From contig CDRNST010000056.1 of NCBI GenBank assembly GCA_977016875.1, forward strand, positions 806,001 to 870,000: DNA of 64,000 nucleotides, given 5' to 3'. A model generated the notes under the pieces. The model saw only the letters and a list, made by a program, of their open reading frames with translations. It was not told the DNA's origin and did no database searches. Made by a program: the position numbers and the translations under genes. The stretch comes from Pavona decussata (taxonomy: Eukaryota). Positions 12,046-25,206 of the stretch are shown piece after piece. Each line of letters opens with the position of its first letter. The first letter of the stretch is position 1.

Positions 12046-14299
12046 TTAATTTTCAACTCTCTTGTCTTCATTTCCACTCATCTCGATTTGCATAGGGGAG
12101 AAAGGTGTTAGAAAAAAGGAATGGTAGCACTAGTTACAGAGTGTGGACATGCTGTAAGAAAGTCAAATTGTAAATGGATTTGAAGCTGCATTTGGATAAT
12201 TCCTCACATCTGTTTATCAAAGTAGTCAATGATTATAAAGTACACTTACAAGTCCTGATTTTAAGAGCAGCAAGTCATTTTCCTTTATTTTTTTCATCCT
12301 CTCTTTCTCATAATCAGATTGTTCCTGAAAGAAACAATAAAATAAAACAACACCAATGAGAACCCTGATAAAATAACCCACAAGTAAATAGGAATGAAAT
12401 CAATGGTTATCATAATAATTTGTATTGTACACAAGCAGCGAATACCATGTATGCAAGTTTGTTCAGCTTTACATGATTTTGTACTGAGAAAACTCAGAGA
12501 TTTTTTTTCAAGCTGTTAAGAAACATAGTGAGGGGTCAGTAGGGAAGAATATAATGGATTTCAATAACAACCATAATGCAACCAGGAAAAATGTGCAGAA
12601 GCAATTATATTCATGACCACAGATTGGGGAAACTGTACAGTAATACAGCCAATGTTAAGAAAGCAATCAGCTCTTAAAGAGAGATGAACTTTAATAACCA
12701 CTTGACCTTTTACAAAATATACACTTCATCCCTGGTCCCTTGAAAAACATAACTTTGCTATTCCTGAAATTAAGATGTTTCGTGAGAAAACAGTTAACAT
12801 ACATGTACATAAAGCATCGAGTTTCTGAGGAGAATAAAGCTATTTCCCTTGGGACTAGCTACATGTAGCAATCAAAGAATGGTGCATGGAGTACAATTAA
12901 GTCTTGTCCATGTACCTGGCTGGATCCATTGCCCTCCACATCCAAGTCTAGCCCCGAATCATCCAGTGGTGGCTCCTTCTGCTGTTTCATGTGTAAAAAA
13001 GCCAACTATTAGAATTTATTTTCCAGTTATGTTTATTCTACTATGTCCTGAATGGCTTTACCATATAGTTCCATGGCTTCCCCAGTTTGAGAATCGAAGC
13101 TTTTCATTGCAAACAGAGATTACCATAACTGCTTATACCAGTAAAGTCAAAATCTTGATTATCTGGACAACTGGGATGAATAGTTTACATAACCAAGAGT
13201 CTGGATAATTGAAAAATATGGACATTCATAGAACAAAAAACCCAAATAAATTTAAAATGCATTAGAAAAACATTTCCATGCAAAAACTATAACATTCCAC
13301 TGCCCAATGTGGCCTAAAATGTTGTTCCTCATAACGAGCCAAAATTACTTTTTTGCGAGCTTTTAATTAAATTTCTCTCGTCAAGATATGACGTGTCTGC
13401 AAACGGATCCAGCATGACATGTTTTGCTTCAGTCTGTTGGAAAGCGGCACCCAACAGTTCAGTAATGGAATCTTTTCGCAGAAATGTAAAACGTTATGAA
13501 AAATGGAATCGTGACCTTAATCGTTCACCACACAGGAATAGAAGAAGGCAAATATGTCTTGAACACTGGGACCAACTTGGAGATCCTTGGAAATACAGAA
13601 AATGTTTCAGCAATGAAATTTAATCGATCTGATTAGTTGGCTCATTGTCGGCCTGAGCTTTTTTTTTTTCTTTTTGCTGATATAGCGCGGGCTTAAGATC
13701 TGTTTGATTTATAAATTTTGCTGCTCTTTGACAGATTTAATTTTTAGCAAGGTTTATACAAGCAGTTCCATAGCGATAAAGTTTTATAAATCGCGTCGAC
13801 TTTCGTCCACTTATTCACTTTCTTAATGTGATAGATCGTTATGCGTAAATCAACTCAGGCTAAATCGGCCAAAACAAATCCGGCCCAATAAATCGGTACG
13901 CGTGCGTTAACCTTGGGCTCACACAAGTACAAGAAAAGGCTACCAAAAGAATATAAGCTAAAATATACTAGCAAAAAAAGCACTGTAACCAGGATATAGC
14001 CTGCGTAGCTGGCCGTTTTTATGGGTGGGCTCACCGGAAAGCCGAGCACAAGGGCCTAAACCTAAATAAAGACCACCAGTTAACCCGTTTAGAGACCAAA
14101 TAATCCCTCAGCCATCGCTTGTGGAGTGAGGTTTATTGTTTAGGGTCTTAGACTGAAGACCCCTGCTGGGTTTTTTTATGGCTCAAACTAGCTATGTAGC
14201 GAATTTCTTTAAAATAACGACCTTTGTTTAAAGAGAGTCATAACTTGTTGTTTAATCTTCCCTGGGACAATTTCTTCATCAGTTTAATCTGACGTCGGC

Positions 14300-14700
14300 C
14301 AAGATGAACCAAAAAAGACAACATCCACTTACGTTGATAATGATCTTCTAAAAAATTAAATTGTTTGTGTTATATATCCCAGACCACTCAAGCATACAAT
14401 GATGTTAGGACGTCAACCTGGATGAACCAGAAAAGAATATATAACATCCGCCTGAGTTTACAATGTTCGCTTAAAAAAATTTTGTTTGTGTTATATATCC
14501 CAGAGCACTCAAGCATACAGTGATGCTAGGACTTTAACCTGGATGAACCAGAAAAGATATATAACATCTGCCTACGTTTATAATGATCGCCTAAAAAAAT
14601 TATATTGTCTGTGTTATATACCCCAGAGCACTCAAGCATACAGTGATGCTAGGACTTCAACCTGGATGAACCAGAAAAGATATATAACATCCGTCTACGA
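14300..14700. repeat. Tandem repeat, ~3 x 122 bp
   Basis: Repeated TGTGTTATATATCCCAGAGCACTCAAGCATACAGTGATGCTAGGAC...GGATGAACCAGAAAAG. Confidence 0.9.
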
Positions 14701-17700
14701 CTAGGTTCATAATGTCCGCCTGGTTTTAAGTGCATCTCAACGATAGTCTTAATGGCCCATAATTCAAAGGATATATTGCACCTGACCTTTTCTAAATTCA
14801 GTAAAATCATGTCCTTCAATTTGAGAAAAATAATATTTGGGACTGGATTTTAGTGCTTCGTCTTAGTTCATAATATCTGTTCGACGGACGATTGAGGTTA
14901 ATACCTAAACAATTTTTCCGTAAAGAGCATGTTATTCATACATCAATATCTTTGAAGCGAAACGGTGAGTTGATCTTGATTTGGCCGCAGACCCTGCTTA
15001 TTGATCTTGGCGGGTCTTGACCGAATTAAATCGACTGATTGGATGCAGTACTTAATCGTTATGTTGATTTCTTTGGAACTGGGGTGACGGACGACCAACA
15101 CAACACTGAATAAAGATGCATGTGACAGCTTTTTCTTTGTATAACCTTCAATCTAAAAGCCCGCCATTTTTATCCGCGAACATTTGCTACAAATTTCTCT
15201 TGTCCCTTGGCACTTCATTAAATAGATTTCCCACAGCATATGCCTTGAGTGCCATGGAATGGACACTGAATTGTGAAGTTCTACTTGAAAAGTTGTTTCA
15301 CAAAACCAATCCGAGTCACTCCAAATTAAGGACACATGTCATCACTTGAAAGCAAACAAATTATTTTACATGGTCACTTAAAATAATAGCCATGGATCTT
15401 CATCATGACTTACTAATATTAACAAATAAATTGGCAGGACAGAAAAATCAAGGCTTGCTTGTAAATGAATGCTCACATATCTGATGTTAAAACAATGATC
15501 TTGACATGTTTTGCATGCTTTTCACACCACTGGTGTAGTAACACTGGTTTGGCAAGCAGACACAAAGTCTGCCCAAAAAAATCAGCAATTACTCTTCCCT
15601 TACCACATCTGTTGAGGGTACTTTTCCAACACTTTCTTGGATAATCTCCTCTGGAATCTGCAACAAACAAGTTGGAGACAAATTTGAGACTGGATTCACA
15701 GTTTTTTTTGTGGGATGACCTCTTGTGATAAATAAAAAGATAAAGTAAATACATAAACAGCTCAATAAAAATGCCTAGCTAGACTAACACTGGGATTTAG
15801 CAGTTTGCAAAATACAAATAAGTACGCATGTATATTTTATCTTGAGATGTAGTCATGCATGACAATTCCATAGATTAACCACATTTTTTATTTACCTTGG
15901 AACTTGTTTCTTTTTGGCCTCTTCGCCTCAAGTGCCTGGGGAAAAAATATCAGCTCAGAGCTATAAATAAAGGTAATTTTGGACTCGAAATCTTTGTGCT
16001 GGTATTTTCAATGAAAATTGTTCATTTTTTTGGTTGGTGTTCCATTTTGAATCGTTCCTCAAAACGCTGATTTTACCCCCTAAAAGTCCAGGCTATAGTA
16101 GAGCTACACTGTATATACCCAACCCAATTCCATCCAATTCTATAAACAATACAGTCCTTTTAAGGCATTTATTACCTTTGACTTTGACACAAAGATTTGA
16201 CACAAGCATTTAAAAAAGGTCAAAGTAATGTTGGACAGCAGGTTAAAATATCTTTCACAGTAGTAAAGAGAACATCTTTCATTTGAAAAAAAAAACCTTA
16301 CTGTATGAAACTTTGGAACTTCCGTTATCTAGGTATTGAAAGATGTCATTTGCTGCCCGGCACCAATCAAGTAAGATATATTGACCAATATCACAGCAAA
16401 GTGGTCAACAACAATATTTATTTTGATTTTTTCATATTCTAGAGAGATTTCACTGATAGAGTTTGTCAGTGTGGGATTATACTCAAACAAAGACATTACT
16501 TTCATTGATGCACCTTGAAATTAAGTCTGACAAATAAATAGAATCCATGTTAATGTACCTCATTACTGTCCTTCACTGTTTCCAGTGGCCTCTTCTTTTC
16601 CTTGGGTGCCTTACAGAGAAATACAGGAAAACCATCTCAGACCACAATAACCAGGGCAATACTACCCTTCAAGAATGATCATAAACACTATACATTGGTA
16701 CATGAACATGCAATCCTTATATCATTATTATTTTTATTCTTGTCAGTGTAAATCAATAATGATTAATAATTATTATTAGGGATTGTCCTGCAGGCATTCA
16801 TGCTTTCATTTAAATGATTACCCAATAACATTGCTGTATAAAAGGTGCTGTCTGCATGTTGTGTTATGCCTCTGTACTTTAATATCTTACCTGTGCCTTG
16901 TAAGCACTTGGATTACGCAAAGAACACATGATACTGCTTATGTGCTTTTTGACCTTGGCTTTGTCAAGTGTGACTTTAGCATCCTCTTGTACATGGTAAA
17001 CCCCATACAAGTCCTTTAGACTAACATCTTCCATAATGTCAGTGCAGAGCTGCAAATTTGCCGTACACTGCTCCTCTGAAGTTGAGGATGAAAGTTTGAG
17101 AGCCCCTGATCCTTGCCACTTAAATGAAAATACAACAAATCCCTGTCAGTGTGACCTATATGATAAGAAAGTTCCATCCATAAATGAGTTTCTAAATGGC
17201 TTACTTTTTATTAACAATTTGGCTGGTTTTAGTTAGGCACACATTTAAGAAACTCAATACAAGCATTTTTCCTTCGTTCTTTTTTTTTTTGTTTGGAAGG
17301 CCCCTTTGTAGTCAGGAATCTCAATGTCACCAAAGAGTGCTGCCTGTCACAGTAAAATCACTCATATACTTTTCTTCCAATACTGGAAGGTTTATAAAAG
17401 TCAAGTACTGGTCATCAAAGGTAATGGTATCATTCAAGCCATCCTATTCAGCGAATCGATAAGGAATGGCCGTAATCTTTTCAAACCTCCTAGAAGCCAA
17501 TGTCTTAATTCCTCCTGGTAATGTTACTACTTGATCATAACAATAATATACCATGACAAAAAAGAAAATGCACCCTTATAAAGGTACAAGATCTTCAAAG
17601 TTACAAAAATTTCTAAAAAATGGGACTGCAAGGTACATCATAAACACTTACAGCGGACAGTTAATTGCTGGAAATAGAATCTAAATTCTAGATGTTAGTT

Positions 17701-18422
17701 TAAGAAGTAGAAATAACATTCAGTGTGCTTAAGATTAAATATGATTGTTGCCTACTACGTCATGAAATCCAAGATGGCTGCACCCTGGGAAGTTTAAAAG
17801 CGAAAATAGGAGACAATCATATCTAATTGTAAACACTTGAATGTTATTTATACTTCTTAAACTAAAATGTAGAATAATAAGACATTATTTCCAACAATTT
17901 ACTGTCCATTTGTTTTCAGAGTAGAGGTTCCCTTTAACCACGTACATGTTATTAGATAATTAAGGAACCCATGATGGCATCACAATTTTTTGGAAGAACA
18001 TTTTGTTCTGTATCTTGTCATTTACCTTGCCTTCAGAGTGAAAAGATCTCACCCTGTTGTTTATAATATTGCTGAATTTATTCCAGGCATAGTTTGCTGC
18101 CTGGGCTCAGATGTCGTCTTTTGACCTTCCCAGTAGCTCCTTCTTGGCTATTTCAACTCTTATGCCTTGTTTTGTTTTCTTGTCATTTTTCCCTACCAAG
18201 AACAAGGATAATGTCAGCAAAGTCAGCAGAATAGTACAATAATGTATGGATTAGTACTTTAAGCAAATGGCAAAGGGCTAATGGTAATTATTAAAAAAAA
18301 ACAGCTTTCATGTCTCCTTAAGTATGTGCATTGACCAATTTATTTGTTTGTTGTAAAAAAGGGCCATTACAGATTGGTTTACATTTATACATACATAAGT
18401 GTATGAAAAAACAAGAGTTTGA

Positions 18423-18510
18423 AAAAAATTCAGGCTTGAATATGACCTGAACGTGTGACCTCAATAATACCAGTGCAGTTCTCTACGAACTGAACTAGTC
18501 ATCAAGCTAG
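18423..18510 (-). mobile_element. Degenerate tRNA-derived SINE fragment
   Basis: Decayed A-box/B-box-like sequence (rc ...TAGTTCAGTTCGTAGAGAACTGCACTGG...GTTCAGGTCATATTCAAGCCTGAATTTTTT). Confidence 0.45.
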
Positions 18511-19026
18511 CTGAGAGTAAGTCAATATGTGGGTAATAAACCTATTCATAAATAAGACAGCAAGCAGATGAAATTGAAGTTTTGCTGGTAAACATGCATT
18601 TGTGGAATGAAAGCCTCACTACACATAACCCTAGCACATGCTTATGTGCAGTACTCACTCCAAATCATTTATTCCATTCAGTCACTGCCATTTTGTAACC
18701 CCAAAAGAATGAATTACATCCAGTTTAAATATTAGAACATGTACCTTTGTCTAAAGTCAGTAGTTTGACAGTGAGTTTAATTGCTGAGCAGAATGGTAAA
18801 TCCAAATTTTGCATTAGCTCGCTGTTGTCAATCAGGAGCTTTAAATCATTCACATCTTGAAACTGAAAGAAATTAAAAGTCAAAACAAAAGGAAACAATT
18901 TTTGCTCTTTAAACACATTCAAGTATTTTTGAGCAAGGGAGAATGAAAAGAAAGTCTTTTATTATGTCTTGAGTTCACCAGTACTCCTCAAATTTATTTT
19001 TGTAGCCTTATTGTCTGTTTGGAACA

Positions 19027-19164
19027 NNNNNNNNNNNNNNNNNNNNNNNNNNNNNNNNNNNNNNNNNNNNNNNNNNNNNNNNNNNNNNNNNNNNNNNNNN
19101 NNNNNNNNNNNNNNNNNNNNNNNNNNNNNNNNNNNNNNNNNNNNNNNNNNNNNNNNNNNNNNNN
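19027..19164. other. Assembly gap (138 N)
   Basis: Run of N. Confidence 1.
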
Positions 19165-19499
19165 GCAAAAAAACTAAGTGGAGCTCATGAGAGGACATAG
19201 TGAGGGCCAAATGTAAAGACCCATACAAAACGTTATCTACAAGAATCTTCTGAGGCTTTTTTGTCCCCGTAATCTAAGGGTTCCCAAGGTTTCACGTAAG
19301 TTTCCAGCGACATGTGAGTAAAATGTTTATCTGGCACAAAATATCACATAAATGTTCTTGCACGTGGAATTTGGCGAGCGGTCCGCATTAGTGTAGGTGT
19401 GGATCGGAAAAATTAACGGCCGAGTTACTGCGTTAGCGTTTTTTTATGTTACACCAAACCGTATAAGGCATATAATCTAAAAAAAAGAGCAAGGCTGAT

Positions 19500-20055
19500 T
19501 TCACGGTCAGGGAAGTATATTTTCCAATATTTCAAAAGGCACGGCCTTTCTTCTTCAGGGTATGTTTGAGACTGACCCTGTGGCAAGATACGTTACAATT
19601 TAAACAGTTACAATAGATACCTGAAAAAAGGCTAAAGTTACATAAACAAAAACGTTACAATTTGAAATTTGAAAGTACAAGTGGTAAATAGGTATAAGCT
19701 AACGTTACAACGTGGTAGACGAAAACAAAATACGTAACAATGAGTTAATTACATAACTTAGGAAGATGAAAGACGGGAAAAATGTTCATGTCTCATCTCT
19801 CCTATTAAGACCTAAGGGTTCAATAGTTTGACCTCTGGCGATGAGGTATGCCTCTCTAGCTTTGCGTACACTGTCACGATTAGATTTGATGAGTTCGAGA
19901 GGAATTAGTAGCATGTCAGAAGCGTTATGGTCGTTAGAAAGACAATGTTCTGAAACTGTGGTGGGTTTGGAACTGTTTGTTTGTTTGTCGACTGGTCTAC
20001 GGTGTTCGTTAAAACGGTCTTTAAGTCGTCGTTTTGTTTCTCCTATGTATTGTTT
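19500..20055 (-). mobile_element. Penelope-like retroelement 3' fragment (GIY-YIG end plus pLTR with minimal hammerhead motif)
   Basis: The minus strand of 19790-20052 translates to YIGETKRRLKDRFNEHRR...VSEHCLS..H...RKAREAYLI..GQTIEPLGLNRRDE. A CTGAAGA-stem-GAAA motif lies at 19525-19558. Confidence 0.85.
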
Positions 20056-20062
20056 GTGGCAG

Positions 20063-20390
20063 TGGTATAAGGCGTGCCACCCACCGTTCTGATCGACAGA
20101 AATTAAAGGCTGAGTTACTGTTTTAGCGTTTTTTATGTTACACCAGACCGTATAAGGTGTGTCACCCGCCTTTTTGATAGATAAAAAATTAAAGGCTGAG
20201 TTGCTGTGTTAGCGTTTTTTATGTTACACCAGACCGTATAAGGTGTGTCACCCGCCGTTCTGAGGGATAAAAAATTAAAGGCTGAGTTGCTGTGTCAGCG
20301 TTTTTTATGTTACACCAGACCGTATAAGGTGTGTCACCTGCCGTTCTGATGGATAAAAAATTAAAGGCTGAGTGTTCGTTAGCGTTTTTT
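20063..20390. repeat. Tandem repeat, ~4 x 84 bp, with a further unit at ~19405-19470 separated by the Penelope insertion
   Basis: Repeated CCGTATAAGGTGTGTCACCCGCCGTTCTGA..AAAAAATTAAAGGCTGAGTTGCTGTGTTAGCGTTTTTTATGTTACACCAGA. Confidence 0.9.
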
Positions 20391-23300
20391 TTATAAATTA
20401 TTATAGTAGACCATATGAGGTGAATGTACAACTAGTAGATCTTAAGGATGGCGATTAGTTTGCGGGCTTTGTGCACAAGACACAAAGGAGTCACATATCT
20501 GACAAAATTCAGGCTAATATTTTTTTCACCATGCAATTGCAGCGAAATTCGCCAAAAATCGGTCTTTCGCTCTTGTTGATTTATTACAAAACAAAGAATG
20601 TGGCCAAACAAAGCGTCATACGATCTTGGTATTTTTGCCAACGCGTACCTTTTATATACTGATAGGTATATATTTTTGGATTGGCATGATCAATTTTGCG
20701 CTGCAATTGCACGGTACCTCTCATTAGACGTTACATACATAAGCACCGGCATGCCACAGACTTATTTAGTTCGAATTTATTTCTGCCATCTTCGTATATG
20801 AGGAGTAATGCAGTAATTGTTTATCGAGTTAAGATAGTCAAAAACACTGTCCAGATCGCAAAGAAAGAAGTGAGAATAACATGAGCTGTTCATTCTGTCA
20901 TACTGAATGAGATTACAGGCGCCTCAAGGAACCACAAAGATTAAATCTCTACATTAAGTCGTACTTACAGTAGACTTCACCTGTGTCCCCTCATGTCTTT
21001 AACACTATTACTATTCAACAATATTATTACTACACAACAGTGACTAAAATATCATTCTAAGTACACCTGTACCTTGTCTTTTTCAACAAGGATGGGTACC
21101 AGGTTTTCAAAGCCATTAGATTTCAAGAAATCACTAGCTGTAGCTGTAGCAATTTCAACCTGCAACATGCAAATTATATAGAAGTTATTTAAGAAAAAAA
21201 ACTTCTGTCAATAACCTACTTTGCAAGTATAAATTTTTATTGTGAAAACATTCAGTTAATTGCAATGTCACTGTAATTGTTGTGTCCTAATAATTTATTC
21301 ATACTGAAAGGAGGGTTGGTTCAGCGACACCAATGCCTACCACCTCATGATAAATGTCCTTTACCGCCCCCTGCTGTTGGAATGGACATTTTCGGTATTT
21401 GGTGCACGTGGCCATCTTGAAATGCAACGTGTCGTGGAGCGCCCAGGCAAGGAGGACTTATTTGTTGTGCTTCCTTACTTCGCAAATGTGAGAGGGCTGA
21501 ATTTTTCCCGGACATTCAAATAAATTGTTTTGGTAATTGTAAGCTCTGGGTCATAACAATGTTGAAACAAGATTTGTAGTTCTTACATAAAGCTTATTAA
21601 ATAGCAGAGTGGGAGTGTATGATCACAAATTTAGACAGTAAAACAAAGCAAGGTCTGATGAGCATTAATACAGAGTTTTAACTCGGGTGAAAAACTCAAG
21701 AGAAACCTAGCTAAAATGTGCTATACCGAAGGCATTAGTTCATAACTAGCTAACTTCATTAGCGCACGCGTGTGGTTTTCTCTTCAAAATCCGTGATGTA
21801 AGAAAACTTTCGTGAGCTTACCTCCTTTTCAGCGGAAATGTTCTTGTTATCAGCCATTGCTTCTAAGAAAACAAGCTTCGTAAAGAGAAAAAGTGGAGAT
21901 ATGTCCCAAGATCAATGCTCAAACGCGAACACGTTCAAAGAAGAGCGCAAAAGTTTCTTGCTGCCAGCGGCGAGGCTGCCAAGCTACTCGAGCCCATGCA
22001 ACAATGGATAACGTTCGAAGAAAGCTGTTGAGTGACATCGAGCAGTGAGTCAACAATTTGGCGACTCAAGAAAGCTAAATGGAAGACAAGGATAAAGAAT
22101 TTGGTAAGCTGGAATTATTTATTCATCGTATTTTTCGTTTCTTGGCAAATTTTGTATATAGGCATGGTATGAATTAAGATTGTATGGACCTAGCTTTATA
22201 CCGCCAATCTATCAGTGTCAATTTTAATTATTGATTCCACGTGCATTGATGATTATAAGGTACTAAGTTCACATATCTTTTGCCAGCTAATTTAATTACT
22301 AAGAACGACCCCAACCTAGAATGTCATCGTATGTGATTATATCTCTGTGTTGTGTCTTTGTAGTCACCTCACTTTTTTCCATGTCATGATGTGCTCAACA
22401 TCACTCAGTTACATGTGTATAATGCAAAGGAATTTTTACTCAAACTTTTAATATTTGTCATCCTCACCTCACACGCTCTGTTTTAACAGGTGACAAGAAA
22501 CCTTGTTTTTGTCCTATTTGCAAGGGAGAGCTCCGTAATAGAAAGGCTATTAGAAACCACACACAAAAACTATTGGCAACAGCAAGGAAAGAACTTCACA
22601 GAAAACACTGCTAGTTGTACTGAAGATGATAGGACGTCATAATATGCTGAAGACAGCTTCAGTGCTGCTCCAGCAACATCTTCATACTGTATGCTGCAAC
22701 TTGGAAACCCTTCTCGGTCACAATCAGACATGTCCAATAATGGGGAAAGTGATTGTAATGAGAGCATTTGTTCAAGAAGAAATTCAGATTCTTCACAGAA
22801 TGATTTGCCACAGATATCAGTTGATAATGACCCAGTTGATCCGGAAGTCCATAAACCAGTGAATGTTGGGGAAGACAAAATCCGAGAATTTGTGCTTCGA
22901 ACATTGTTATCCAAAGTTGACCATGGTTGGTCTCAAGAGGAAACAATGGCCCAGATTTGAAATTTCTATGAGACTTCAGGTGATGAGCGCATCCCTCACA
23001 AGAATTGGCAATGTATCATGAGTTTCTTGAAGAAGTTAGGATATCAGGATCCAAGGCACGGAGAACCATGCCCTGAATGTGACAAGGAATGGTCCAAATG
23101 CACAGACTACTTTGTGTTGGGCATTCATCTTGAGGATATATTCTTAGACTCAGCCACAACATAAGCACACTTGGCACATTGGAAAGAACGCAGTGAATGG
23201 TTTGTTGGAAAACCAGATTATGTCAATTACAAGGAAATATGGCATGGACAAGGATTTTGCGATCTTTCATTTTTTTGGGTAACTGACACTGAAACCCTTT

Positions 23301-24134
23301 TACCTGCCTCTTGTCAAAACTGTGGAAATATCCTAACAACAACTGAAATTCAGGAAGCTGCTCCTCCTGGCAGCTCTCTTAGGGATCCAGTGCAACTTCA
23401 TTGCAGGGAATGTATGATTAGTTTCCTACACACTCACCAGTTCATGAAAGGGAATCCACTGAATCAGGCTATGATTTTTCATGAGGATGGCTTCAGTGCA
23501 TTCGTAAAGAAAAGCAGAGGGATGGCCACCATTCAGCTATGCAGTGCATGCACTTATAAAGATGAACGGTCAAGGGGAAAATATTTAAATGTCTACAGTT
23601 TTATACCCTCATGTAGCATTGGTGAGGGTTTACCCCATAAGCTGGTTGCATTTTTGAAGCCCCTCATGAATGATGTTGTGGACCTCTTTATTAATGGGAA
23701 AGATGTTATTTCCAATCCCATCAGGATTGGTGACAATGTCATTGCTGCTGGACAACACAAGGTCAGATTGATTCTACTTGTAGGAACAGCTGACATTAAA
23801 GGTCATGGTGAATTGACTCTGTATGCTCGAGGTAAGTCAAATGTGACAGCATTCACCTACACTATCAATGAAATCTTTCCTCATGAATATCACCATAATG
23901 GGAATACCATTTCCACCACATTTATTTAGTTTCTCCAGGGTTCCAGCTAAAGTCCTGGGATACAGTGAGGACTTTTAAATAAAGGATTTATTCAGCTAAT
24001 TCATAAAATCTTTTGAAATTTTAAGTAATTTATCGAGTATATGACACTGAACCATTCAGGTAGTCACCTTTATCACGTCTGGAGTGAGTCCCTCTTTTCT
24101 GGAACACTGGTTGTCTTGTCCTCAAATTGAGGTA

Positions 24135-24932
24135 CAGTCGAACCTCTCTAATAAGGACAGAAGGGACAGAGCAAAGTGTCCGTATTAGAGAGGTGTCCGT
24201 TTTATAGAGGTCATGAATATTACGTCATTTTAAAGGCTCCGTTGATGGTATTTAGTGTTCTTAAGTCAAAACTGGCCCAAACAGGTCTTTGAGGTGCATT
24301 TAAATTGTTTAAAGAGGGTTTGGGACTTATAAGACATTTTCTTCCAATTAGCCAGGGACCAATGGAGTTGACAACGTATGTGGGAAGGAAGTTAATCGGG
24401 GGCGGAGGATTAGGCATGGAGATCCCATGTGAATATATTTTCACTGGACCACACAAACTCATTAAGCGTTTAGAGAAATGCTTGGATGTAACAGAAAACC
24501 CAGCTGTCCGTAAAGATACTCTTTCAAGTGAGAATGTCGAGAAGAAAAGAGGGAGAAAGGAAAGCAACAACAGGAGAGTCTTCAAAGAATAAGAAATCCT
24601 GATGACATATGACAATAACGTATAATTTTTACTGATTGAAAACAAGTGATACTGTTATCATATGATCAATGAGACAATTGATTACACTTTGATATGTAAT
24701 GACAAACAGGAAATTGTGTTGAATAAGAACTGTCATTACTGGAGTGTTCGTAATAAAGAGGTTAAGTTTGTATGAATTTTCTCCCTGGGGCCGAGATTTC
24801 GTGTCTGTTGTCTGTATTATAGAGGTTATTTTTACAAAGAATGTACATGGGCATTTTCCTGGGACCAAGTGAACTGTCCATAATAGAGAGGTGTCCGCAT
24901 TGGAGAGGTGTTCGTAAGAAGAGGTTCGACTG
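24135..24932. mobile_element. Tc1/mariner(pogo)-type non-autonomous element carrying a HIRAN-like fragment
   Basis: ta|CAGTCGAACCTCT ... AGAGGTTCGACTG|ta. Internal ORF 24305-24592 contains GRKLIGGGGLGMEIPCEYIFTG..KLIKRL. Confidence 0.8.
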
Positions 24933-25034
24933 TACCACAATTAAAGAAAATCATAATAATTTCCATAATAAATAACTGATTGTACATCTCTACCTGTAAT
25001 TGACATTTGAAAAATAATGTATATCTGATTGGAT

Positions 25035-25206
25035 TGTGCAGTTCCAGAAAAAAATCCATACCCACCCCATGAAAGGTCAATAGAAATTCTTTGGGGGAGG
25101 GGGGTCTTGAAAGCCAAAATTAATTTTTTCTAGAAGCAAAGTATGAAGCTAAACTGGAACTTTCTGGGGGAAGGGGCTGAGTTTGGATATTTTCTGGAAC
25201 TGCACA
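25035..25206. mobile_element. MITE
   Basis: TIRs TGTGCAGTTCCAGAAAA ... TTTTCTGGAACTGCACA. Confidence 0.75.

Larger units (their letters stand above)
12250..21857 (-). pseudogene. Multi-exon SAM-like-domain gene (EnSpm accessory ORF), disabled
   Basis: Phase-compatible GT-AG exons at 21857-21822 (MADNKNISAEKE), 21159-21073, 18862-18745, 18192-18026, 17118-16891, 16609-16559 and 15935-15896, with further probable exons to ~12250 (EQSDYEKERMKKIKENDLLLLKSGL). Exons 2+3 give DFLKSNGFENLVPILVEKDKFQDVNDLKLL..LMQNLDLPFCSAIKL, which is SAM-like. In-frame TGA at 18107-18109. Confidence 0.65.

Noticed and set aside
18423-18510. tRNA gene
   Set aside because: Too degenerate to form a cloverleaf; it fits a SINE relic.
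18962-19228. ORFs spanning the N gap
   Set aside because: These are artefacts of the N run. SAM-gene exons 2 and 3 join in phase without them.
14300-20390. Regularly spaced repeats (14.3-14.7 kb, 20.1-20.4 kb; also 5.1 and 10.5-11.5 kb) as CRISPR-like arrays
   Set aside because: Whole units repeat with no unique spacers, there are no cas genes, and the context is eukaryotic.
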